DNA of 64,000 nucleotides from the NCBI RefSeq assembly GCF_964204645.1, contig NC_134031.1, forward strand, positions 10,604,088 to 10,668,087. The letters run 5' to 3'. Each line of letters begins with the position of its first letter. Position 1 is the first letter of the stretch. The notes below the pieces were generated by a model. The model saw only the letters and a list, made by a program, of their open reading frames with translations. It had not been told where the DNA came from and made no database searches. This document shows positions 39,901 through 51,900 of the stretch, in pieces. This DNA is from Tubulanus polymorphus (Eukaryota; Animalia; Nemertea). The position numbers and the translations under genes were made by a program.

Positions 39901-42900
39901 AAAAAATCAGCAAGAGCATCTACAGTAGGAGAGCATGGATCAATCCCCCGTTGACTACACCAATCGCCATAGAGCTTCCACTTGGAGTCATAAAACCTGC
40001 CTGTATTAGGATTGGATAAATCCTGCTTGGATTTAGCGATAAACGAGGAAGCCCTGACTGAAAGCCCTGCACTCGCCAGGTGTCGCTCGACAATGGCCAG
40101 GTGTGAAGGTTGAGCATTTGTAGTGCCGGGTTCCACCGGAAATCCCTCTGAGACAGGACGGATGGAAATTGCGGCAAGCACCTGGAATTGTTGCACATAA
40201 GGTTGAGAAGATGACTGAACCAAGCCTGAGCTGGCCAACAAGGCGCAATCAGAACTAAAAGACATGAGGACGCCAGCTCTATCTGGTCGAGGACTGCTGA
40301 TAAGACTTGAATCGAGGGTACACATAAGCTAGGATCCCGTCCCAGTGGAATGAGAATGCGTCTATCTTCCAGATCATCTGGTCCTGAAAAGGGGACACAA
40401 ACAGCGGGGAACTCTTGTTGAACCTCGTGGCTAACAGAACTATCAATGGATCACCCACCAGAGACCCCACTCAAACTGCCACCTCCGGGTGAAACGACCA
40501 TTCCACAGAAATGGCCGCATCCTGACGAAAAAGGGCATCGGTAACAACCTTTCTCTTGCCCGCCAGGTGAACCACGGAAATATGGATTCATCAGGCCTGA
40601 CACCAGATGAGGATCTGGTGCCTCTGAAATAAATTGACGATCCTTTTTTCTCGTTGATTCCACGATCAGCAGATAGGTGTACTTTCGTGCTGGTCGACCA
40701 GTTGATACCGTGGATATTTTGTAGAAAGACTATTAATGAGGTGTGCTCTACTATCGGAAGTGATCCTTTGTCGAACATCTCTTAAAATCCGAATCCAGAA
40801 GAGGAGAATACTAACTAGTATATTTTTGATTTTCTGACGTGAATATTATTCATTTGATGTATGTCAAAGCTCGCAACTCGCAGGTTGGCCTTTACGCTAT
40901 AATATCCGGACTAAAGTTGACATAAGCATAAAACTGACTTGTTAGAGAGTGCATAACTTACAATCTACTATTCAGAACTATGATGATATTAATTATATTT
41001 CTCCAAAGTTGGTAATTACTAAATCAATAGTGTCTATATTCAAACCATCATACTGCTTGGATATGTTATTTTACTGATAATTATAAGATATACACTTTGA
41101 CATTGAAACTCTAGTGTAAAATCCTCATTTCATAACACCTCCTTGGTTCTGAAGATAGGCCGTGACTGTCTTGTTGTCGGTGGTTAGCCATACGTGTCTG
41201 CCTATCAACCTCCTGTGAAAGAACCCCAGGGCTTTGCGGACCGCCAACAGCTCTAAATGGTTGATATGGAGAAGCCTCTCTTGGCGAGACCATCTCCCAG
41301 CCTTCTGAGAACTCTCCAGATGAGCGCCCCAACCTGCATGAATCGCGTTGGTAAAAATTCGGATGGGAGCTTGGAGGGGCATCAGAGATGTACCCTTCCT
41401 GAGACTTCCATCAACTTAACCCATGACCCAGACATGGAGGAGGGAGCGGAAGTGAAGCCTCCCAATCTCCTGTTGATCATAGCCAGCAGGCCTTCCAAAA
41501 ACGTTGAAATGGCTGACTGTGAAGGGGCTCCAGCAGAATCACCGAGGACATGGAGTTTATTTGACTCGGACCAATACCGCGCTGACCAAGGTGTGCAAGA
41601 AAGGCCGGATACAGCTTCCTGGAGCTTCTCCATCCTGGCTTGAGTGGGATACACACAGCCTTTGTGAAAGTCGAAATCCATGCTCAGCTAGGTTAATGTC
41701 TGTGGACTTCTCAAAATTTATTCAAAAGCCCAATTCCTGCAACAGGTCCAGCACCAAGTTGATGGACGCCTGACATTCGTCCTGAGAGTTGCCCACGATT
41801 AACCAGTCATTCAGATATATGAAAACCTTCACCCTCTTTTTGAAGATATTGTTGGAATGGTTTGACAAGCTTGGCGAACACCCAGGGAGCCGAGCTTAAA
41901 CTGGCGACCATTCCACTTGACCCAGAGGTAGCGACAAGTCTTGCGATGAGTCAGCACCTGAAAGTATGCGTTCTTCAGCCGCCCATTGACAGGGACAGAG
42001 CGCCTGAACCACCTGCATCTGCGTAATCATGCAAAACTTAGGCACCCCGAGATGTTTGTTGAGAAGGGACAGGTCTCTTATTGTGCGTAGGCCCCAAGAG
42101 GCCTAGGGCACTCCAGCCTGGAGAGGACTTGTTTTGGACCTGCTGGAGTGCGCCCTTCTGTAACAACTCCTCGATTACGGGGGGTGATGCGATGATGACT
42201 GACTCAGGGACTGGATGATTCTATCCATAATCGCCAGGGCATCAGCGACCTCAGAGGGCTCTGCAGTTTCCCGTTCCAGGAGGGCCTGAACCTCTCTGAG
42301 CTCATCAAACTTTTTGGTAAATTTATAAAAAAATATGAAACCCACGGCTTTCAATTTTGCGCATCATAAAAAAAACCAATTACAAAATATATTTTTGCTT
42401 AATCCATTCAATTCACCCATTAGTAGTGAAATTACAGGCTAATGAAATTGCCTTAGAGTGTGCTAAAAATAGCTTTGAGTGTAGTGTATTTAGCATACGA
42501 CTGATTATCGATTGGCCAGACTGTCCACATTGGCTAGCTCATGCGAGCCAATAAAAATGGACCTCCAACCGCAGAAATTTGCAGATCTGCGTAAGATTTT
42601 CATCCCTACCTTCCTCAAGGATTACTCGTCAACAACCTTGGAACAGGGACTGTGAAGGGAACATCCTCAGGACTGGAGTTCTGTGACTTCAACAAACTCC
42701 GCCTGAAAGGCCTCAAAATCCTCAAGGGAAAAGAAATTGTTGAGGCAGCCAGCTCCCGAGTTCAAAACCTCCTGCGACAACTCCAGTAAATAGCGTTGAG
42801 GACGCTCCCGGCTCCTACTTAAAGATCGGGACCTCGATGAGGAGCTGCACCCGGAAGCTCGCTCACGGAGAAAAACATGACTCCGGCTTTCCACTGGAGG

Positions 42901-45900
42901 ATGGAAGTCCTGGTTTGGCTGAGTGAGTTGACCCAATCCCTGGTCCGGCTTTCCATTGGAACAGCAGCGGAACCCAGGCCCGGATATGAATGGGTAAACG
43001 GGGCCGAAGCACGGACAGTTGTCTCGTATAGGCCCGTCTGAGACCCAGTGGTTGGTTCCAGCCAGGTCATGACTGGCCTTCTTACAGACGGAACTGGAGC
43101 AAAATCGGGAACCGGTTCGGGCCGAGGTTTAATGGTCTCTTGGGCCATTGTCACAACAAGAGTGAGGGGGCAGTTGGCTGAGACTCGACGACTCAATGAC
43201 TTTGTTAGCCCTCTTGTTGCGGGAATGTCGCACGGGAAATATAACCGAGGGCTCACGTGAGGGAACGCACCCCTACCGAAGGTTGTACCGCGCCACTAGG
43301 GGAGGAGGTACCAGACATATGCACCCACGAACGGGCTTTTTTCTAGGCACAACTGCTTACCCCAAAATTTCAACATCAGTGCATTTATATCTCAGTTAAA
43401 ATAAGCTCACATCAGTAGTTTTAATGAATATTTGTCTGTCAGTAGTTTCCAATTAAGCATTTGTAGTTCTATATCATAAAATCAGTAGTTTCCTTTAGAA
43501 TATCAGTAGTATCAGAAAACAGAATTAATCAAAAAAATAAAATATAATATTCTTTACTTTTTTAAATTTTTCATTGTTCTTCCGATCATTGAGAAACAAA
43601 ATCTGAGGATCAGAAGGATAAAAAACCTCAAGTGTTCTTGATTAACTGACAGTATTTTCAAAATGTGGCATTTGATTTAGCAATATCGATCTTTTCCCGG
43701 GAGTGAATCTACTTATATTATGGAAAAGGTATCAGGTAGGTGCTACCACTAACAAGTGATGAACGGCTAAGTAGTTGGTATTCCCCAAGGGTGAAAATAT
43801 CTATTAATCAAGGTCAGGAAAAAAATCGTTTGAAAAGAAAATACATAAAAGAATTTCGTTTTTTATTTTTATTACGCCTTCCGACATTAAACCTACCTTC
43901 AAAATAAAATAGGCTGGCCACACAAAATACAGTAAAAACCACTGTTAAGTAAATGAGTCTTTAACCCCAGGTTTTACCAGATGAAGAATTATTCATCTCA
44001 ACGTTTATTCATACTTGTCTACTACTTAGTATCAGTTTCAGGTCACGATTAAATATTCATTGAAAGTTTATTTATTCAAAAAATTTTCATTCAAACACTG
44101 CATGAAAACGTAATCATAACGCGTGCGCTGGTATGCTAGCACGACTATGACTATGTGTATAGCGTGTTTAAAGAGATTATTATATTGATCACACACAGCA
44201 GCAATGCAGTGAAAGGATAGATAGACGCACGTGTACGCTACTGCCTTAATTCAGTGCTAATCAATACTCTGACCCAATTTATGAGCAGTAGAAGTAAATG
44301 TACCCGTACTCCCGCTTTTTTAAAGTTCATAACCATATTCACAGATGTGATCATAAACTATAGCAGTATACAGGAAGATAAAACAAATCCGTATTTTAAA
44401 AAGAACAGATAAAAAATCGTAATTTTAACGGAAAATGCATACCTCCATATTTAGCTAAGGAAGAAATTGAGTCATGTGGCTCGTGGCAACGCCACCATAT
44501 GGTACCGGGTATTCCAATACAAAAATATCTAACGGTATAGTTCCTAAACTAAGGTAACTTCTAAAATGTGCCCTATGTAACGCATCTTGAAGGAAATACA
44601 CTATGGTTCATCCTTCTCCTTGACTTCACATACAGAGTCATGTGAAAATCATTAATGGAAGTCCAATGGCCCTGAGGCTCACCACCAAATCATTGAGCTC
44701 ATATTGTCAAAAATATTACCGAACTAAATATAAATATATCTATATCATCAAGCTCGCAATTTCATTATTTTACCATCCTTGTATTAAATTAAAATACGCG
44801 CAGTCTCATCTGTGTTTTTTGCACAATTGCACGCATGTGATAATCATAGCCATGTGCATTCTGCATTGATCATTACATCAGGGATTTCAGTACAAGCAAC
44901 ATAACAGTGTCTGTGTGTAGACAAGCTACCGCAAACAGGTGTTGAAAGACAATACAATATTGACTATTGATTAGATAAATAGTGGTCAGCATTCCAATGT
45001 CCACTGATTGTCTACTGACAACTTATTTTATCCCTGTCACAATTCTATCCAAGACCATACTAAAATTGAATTTAAACGTATGAAAATATGGTGAAACTGT
45101 AAGGTCAAGGTATCATCAACTTGTCCTGCTATATCCTAGCCATCTTTCCCGTTGAGGATAAAGTTGTGAGAATGAGAAAGTTGCATTTACCTTTTACATA
45201 CTGACGTTGGAAGAAGGGAGCCATATCCAATGATTGTGTTGCCGGATGCGGGCGCAACAGCTGTCCAGGTAGTACATTTGAATCACCATTACTAGCTGTC
45301 AACTTCCAGAAATCAAGAAGAGACCTCAACACTTTCAAACAATAATTGATAGCATCATTGTTCAAAAGACATGATGCTGTCATATTACTGATGAATGATG
45401 AATACTGAAATGTAATAGAAAATATCCAAAGCTTAGAAGAACTTGCAGATGGTATACACTTTCACATCTCAGTGATGCCCTTGAAAACATCTACTAGAGG
45501 TCCTGATTTCATATTCTTAGTGAAAATGCAAAATTGGTTCATTTTCATCTAACCAGTGGCTTAAGACTATCATTTTTATACAAACTAGGGGTCCAGGGAG
45601 ACCATGACCACTTGGGTTTGAAATGCTTAATTTCAATATGTAACACACCTGGTGAACATATTCTGAATCCAATGACCATGAATATTCGAATGACTCGCCA
45701 CGATCATAGAACATGTCATGAGTTATAATTTTGCAAACTATTGTGGTAACAAAATATGCCTAAGTACCAATATATTATGAAAATACTAAGATTCAAACCC
45801 CCTGGAACAATAAACAAAAACCAATGACCTTGAAAAACTCCACAATTATAGAACATGTCATGAACTACCCCTTTGCAATTGATCATAGTAACAAAATATG

Positions 45901-48900
45901 CCTAGGTACCAATCTAATAAGGAAATACTATGTCATTCTACTATTTAACGCTCCCTGGTGACCATATAGAATAACATATGTCCTTAAAACTCACCAAAAT
46001 CATAGATGTCATGAGATACAACTTTGCAATTGATTGTGGTAACAAAATGTGCATAGGTACAAATATAATATAGAAATATTAAGTTGTATTATTCAACGCC
46101 CCCTGGTGGCCATAGACAAAAACCAATGACCGTGAAACTCACCAAAAACATAGAACACGTTATGAGCTACAACTTTCCAACCAATTGTGGTAGCACAATA
46201 TGCTTAGGTAGCAATATAATGTGGAAAAACTTTATCCCACCTAGGAATGAGTACTGATGACACCAAGATGGCCGCCAATTGTGTCATAATTGGCTGATCA
46301 AAAATCTCAAGTATGAACATCCCTTTCCAAAGAATACCCATCACAAATAGAGAATTTCATTATCTCTTACGCCATTTTGCTTCGGGGATGCCAATGACCA
46401 CTAAATGGCGCTTAACAATCACTTTGTAAAAGACGATTTAATCATCATCTACGACTTAAAGATCATTTGAGGTAAGCATCGAGCGATTGATTTAAAATCA
46501 GTGTGTTATTATGTTTCTAAGGGTGCCATACTGATGACACCAAGATGGCTGCCAATTGTGTCATAATTGGCTGATCAAAAATACCATTCTCAAGTATAAA
46601 CATCTCTTTCCAAAGAATACCCGTCAAAAATAGAGAATTTCATTATCTCTAACGCCATTTTGCTCGGGGTTGCCGATGACCACCAGATGGCGCTTAACAA
46701 TCACTTTGTAAAAGACGATTAATTCTTCACCTACGACTTAAAGATCATTTGAGGTAAGCATCGAGCGACTGATTTAAAATCAGAAATATCCTATTGTTTC
46801 GCGAAATAAGCGTATATTTCGAGCGGCTGCCAACCATTTTAGTTCGAAGTTCATATGCAGTGGTGCTCCTAGTAGGAGGCTGACTATGGGAAGCCGTATA
46901 GGCCAAAATGTATTCAATTCAATTTAGCTTTAGTGTATTTTCAAGACCCTAACCTGAATTTCAAATAAATTACAGGAATAACAATGATATATTAGGTTAA
47001 GAGCCGCATCTCATTAGATTATAAAAGATATCACAAGTCTCTGTTTTTACATCTAAGCGGTCTAGCGGGTGCCCCGGTTGAAGGAGATGCGGCGTTTTAA
47101 CTAGCCATCATTTCCAAGATAGAATAGGAACTTTCGAATCGCGAATTGACTGGTTTTAGAAAACGTCCGTAGCAGGGCAAAATGCACAATATCAATCCAC
47201 TTTACTGAGCTAATAGTCGGAGCAAGGCGATTTGAGCTGGATCTGAGGTCAATGCTTCATCTAGCCAAAAATAGAAGGGCGGTCCGCCCCGCCCCCGAAA
47301 ATAGACGCCCTTGTGCCCTTCAGATGTGTCCCATGCTCGCCCTTGTGCCCTCATCACTTGCCGTAGGTCCGCCATCCTGCCCTTGTCAGTCACGAGTAAT
47401 GAGTCAGGGCTTTCAAAATAAGCCGACGCATCCGACTGTTAGTAAGTTTCCTGGGACGGCTATGAAATATCTCATATGATATCAATGATAGTAGCTCATG
47501 TGATCAGTGGTTATATTCAAATGTACTGCACTCAGTGTGCATCGTGTGAAAACGTGCCTCAGACGCGTGGCCTAGTTAAAGTTTCCAGGAAATTGGCTGA
47601 CTTCCAAATTACTGCCAATCATTCTAGCGACTGCCGTTGTAAAGCTGGTAGTGTATATTTGATGGATTGTTTCGTTTTGAACACATCGTGATGCTCTGGA
47701 TCTTTTTATCTAGACTATTAGACAAAACTTTGTTCGGTGAACTCGCAGAGAGACTCGCACAGACAATTAGTTTGAGTAGCCTAATAGCAATAATGTGTTC
47801 TTAAGCTGGCTGCTTACCAATTATCAACAGTTACTTGCCAATCACTAACACTATCAATTTAAACCAATTAATTTGATATTTCTAAGATTATAAATATGCA
47901 ATTTCATGTACGCCTATACACTATTGCTGGCACTTTTTCGCTGTATTTGCTACTTGCTACTTTCGTTTTTTTCTGCAATTTTTTTGTCTGCAACTGGTTT
48001 TCCAAATCATTTTGAAAGCCCTATCTAGATTAACTTTTGTTCATTGACAGGCATAGGTGTAAGGATGTACTGTGGTCAAGTGTGTCACTCATGGCAAAAT
48101 CAGAGTTAAACATAGTTTCTAGTCCTCAATTGTAGTAGGGGTACCTCGATTCTATGCAATAGGGAACATTGCAGGTTGCCCCTAAAATGGACGTGAGTGC
48201 GTTATTATGTGCCCTTGCTCCGATGGAATCACGCACAAAAATGCCCTTATTTGAAATCAGCACCCTGCCCTTTTTTAATGCTAGATGAAGCACTGGAGGT
48301 AGACGTACGTGAAGGCTACATACTTTTTCTTCACAGGAGATTTCTTGGCCATGGAAACCAAACAAATTTGTTGAAAATAAAGAATGTTTTATTGTGTTAA
48401 GGGAACCAAATCCTTTGAAGACCAATTTCAACGCTAGAATTAAAAATTCGATATACAATATATAGATGGATGGTTATTTACAATCGGCTCTAGTTAATAG
48501 GCTATAGAGGCATTATTTCTAAGCCTATTCGAAATTAAGTTACAGTAAGGCGATAGAATTAAAATTAACACAGCTTATCTAATAAACAATTATTCATAGT
48601 AATTATTCAATAAGTAAACAGAAATGATGTGATTATTACACAAATTAATTAATAATAATAACATGATTCTTAACTAAGAGCAAAGTGCACGCTTGAGGTT
48701 TGATATAGCCGCACATACAATAACTACATCATCCATTAAAGGAACGGTTTTGATCTCTAGCGTATTCTTTAAAATTCTGAAATTCTTCATCCGCCCTATA
48801 GCCTGCTCAACATATATCCTGACGTTTGCATTACGGGATGTGGTTTTCACTGAATCTTGGGTCATCTGTGCATTATTATAAACACTTGGAGGGATTACTA

Positions 48901-51900
48901 ATGTTGCATGCCTTGACATTGCCGAACTTTGAAGCCACAGTCAGCCATTATTTCAACGTGCGGTTCAATGAAGTCGAGAATACCGCAATCAGTGAATATA
49001 AGTTTATCACTAGCACGACCTCTGTAGCAGGGCGAAAGGTACGATATCAATTCATTTGGAGTAATAGCAATCAGAAATTTTATCGTATTAGAGTGTTTGT
49101 AGATCGAGCGCTGTTGGAGCTTCAATAGAAATTTCCGTGCAGTCCACTATACATCATGTTCGCGGATAGAACTTAACAAATGCAGCTGGTAGAATAGCCT
49201 AGATTTGATTCCTTGAAGGCCAGATAATGATACATGAAGAATTCAAGCCTCATTAGACGAATCCACGTAGAAAATATCGAGCTCAAGGCAGAAATTGATA
49301 TATCGAAGCGGTGTGATAAATCCCGAACCAATAACCCCAGACGTAAACGCATCAAAAGCATGAAATATTCATCTTCCCATCTTATTTTTCGACGTTGTTT
49401 CTTTTGTTTGACCACCTTTCCAATAAACCATACAGGCAGCTTTTTGAGACAAGAAATTCAAAATAGTTTTCAAAGTTGCACGGTTATCGAAACCGGTAAA
49501 GAACTTAACGTCAACATCTCGTGTCATTTCATCAAATGCGATGCACTATGTCAGGCTCATCTTGTTCCCATCACCCAAACCTTCAACCGCAACCTCCGTA
49601 TATATCTCCTGCATCGTCTTCTTACTTATCACTGGACGTGAGCAATCTCTATGCTTTCGTTTTTTTTGCATATTTTGTTCCTCTTTTGTAACGTATGGAT
49701 ACGGGTTCATATCGGTCAGCTTTCCATCGATGAAATGATTTGAGCAGACCTTCGACGTCACCATTAGCTGCTTACCCATCTTTCCTAGCGCGGTCTTACA
49801 GTGATTCACGAATGTTGGATCATTGTGTCGAACAATGTCGTAACACACCAATTTGCCATCTTCATGCGGTTTCTTTATCTCTGAGAACGGATAATTTCTT
49901 GCGTTTTCACAAAAACAGCAATTGTCATATTTCCCCATCTGTAAATAAACGTTATACACATGTTAGTTAAGAGTGCTTCTTAATTTGAAAAATTCAATTC
50001 ATTTTCATTTCAGAATGGCTGAGATCCAGGGATATGATGATTTTGTCAAATTGAATGTGGACAAATCAAAATCGTATTTATGCGCTCGTGGTTTAAGGAC
50101 GATGGGCACGAAAACTGAATTGGTCACGAGACGCTTTTGGGCATGGGAAAATAAAACACCATTCAAAATAAGCGATGCACAAATCGAGCAAAAACTAATT
50201 GATGATTACGACCGTACACTTATAAAGCCAGGACTCGACAAACAGCACGATCCGAAATCAACATCGAATTGGTCCACTGACATGAGAAATTGGACGATGC
50301 GGAACATAGGACAGATTTTCAAATTCATTCTTGAAAACAGAGATTACAATATGAACACAGAGATTACGTGTTTCTTCGTTGTGTGGACAGGTCATCATGA
50401 TCTGTTCATAGAACAAATTTCATTTGACAATGATTTATGGCAATTTTTTCAAAGACAAGATAATACGATATTTCAAAAGGAAGTGAAACGTGGAAAACGC
50501 ATGTACGATGAAGCGATCGCTAGCTACGACGGTACAAAATGTAGGAATTACATGTATACGTACCGGTACATCTAGATAATCAATGTAAATTTGTACAACC
50601 CAATAGATTATTCAAACTTGTTCATTTTCAATTTGTCTGTATATTTCAATTTGTTATGTAAATACATGTAAGTAGCTAATATTTCCGTAAATGCCTATAG
50701 TAATTTTAATTGTTATTATTTCAATCAGCTTTTATAAATTATAAATGAAAGTTTTAATAAACTATTCAATTCATCAGTATTATTTCCAATACATAAAGTT
50801 AAGATTTTTTAAGAAGGTTAAGACCGGCGAGGATAGTTGGCGGACTGGCTGGTGTCGAGACAAAGGATAATGAAAACCATATTGTATAGATAGAACGACA
50901 TTAAAATTCAAACAAAACAAATCCAAATGAAAATGTCGAAAATAGCTAAATGAAATTGACATTAATCGGACGAGTGATGCTCTCATATCACTTAAAACAC
51001 TAAAGCTAAATTGAATTGAATACATTTTGGCTTATACGGCTTCCCATAGTAACCCTCCTACTAGGAGCCTCACTGCATATGAACTTCGAACTAAAATGGT
51101 TGGCAGCCGCTTGAAATATACGCTCATTTCGCGAAACAATAGGATATTTCTAAGGCCTACAAATGCGATAAGATAAGTCTATGGCACCCTAAGAAAGATA
51201 ATAACACACTGATTTTAAATCAGTCGCTCAATACTTACCTAAAATGATCTTTAAGTCGTAGATGAAGATTTAATCGTCTTTTACAAAGTGATTGTTAAGC
51301 GCCATCTCGTGGTCATTGGCAACCCCGACCAAAGTGGCGTTAGAGATAACGGAATTCTCTATTGCAATGATAAATGGCAAACAAGTAGGAAGCTACAGCA
51401 CCCAGAATTCTGGCCAAAATTGACATTTTTGGGCACTGAAAGGCTCATAGGGCGGCCATATTAAGTCCAATCGACTCAATTTTTCATAAGCGGATGGGCT
51501 CTTGATGGATTGAAATATATCGAAAGATCAAGGTAATTGATCAAAGCGTCTTCAAAATTTCCATCAAAAAGTAAAAAAATGTGTAAAAAGTGCTGATTTT
51601 GGTGAACAACACTGGCTGCCAATCAGCCATCTTGAATCTGACAGGGTCAGTTTTTGGGCTGAAGGTGTGTCTAGGGTAGATACATGTGTAACCCAAATAT
51701 CAAGACATTACATAGAAGCGTCTTCAAAACTTCCCAAAATAACTGGATTCCATCTACGGACGGACAGACGGACACTATAACGCTACAAAGGACGGACGGA
51801 CGAGAAGTGAACGCAATAGCCTGTTGGGACTAAAGTCCCAAGTGGTCTAAAAATAGTTACAAATACTGAAAATCAAAAAAATTGGCAGCTTTTAGGTCCC

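Larger units (their letters stand above)
38407..44598 (-). mobile_element. DIRS retrotransposon copy 3, a second and older family, heavily decayed
   Basis: ITRs at ~38428-38543 and ~44461-44580, ICR at ~38600-38686, YR/MT/RNase H/RT remnants; ITR sequence differs from copies 1 and 2. Confidence 0.9.
46349..51360. mobile_element. ISL2EU (PHIS superfamily) DNA transposon, decayed, 2-bp TSD AT, ~360-bp TIRs
   Basis: AT|AGAGAATTTC...GGAATTCTCT|AT against the empty site cacaaattgcaatga at ~23697; right TIR ~50998-51360; left TIR duplicated (starts 46349 and 46632); two divergent genes. Confidence 0.88.
45583..51853 (-). mobile_element. HINE family B copy interrupted by the ISL2EU element
   Basis: aactaggggtccaggg start, four ~150-bp units, resumes at 51361, ends gggactaaagtcccaagtggtctaaaaa. 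Confidence 0.85.
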
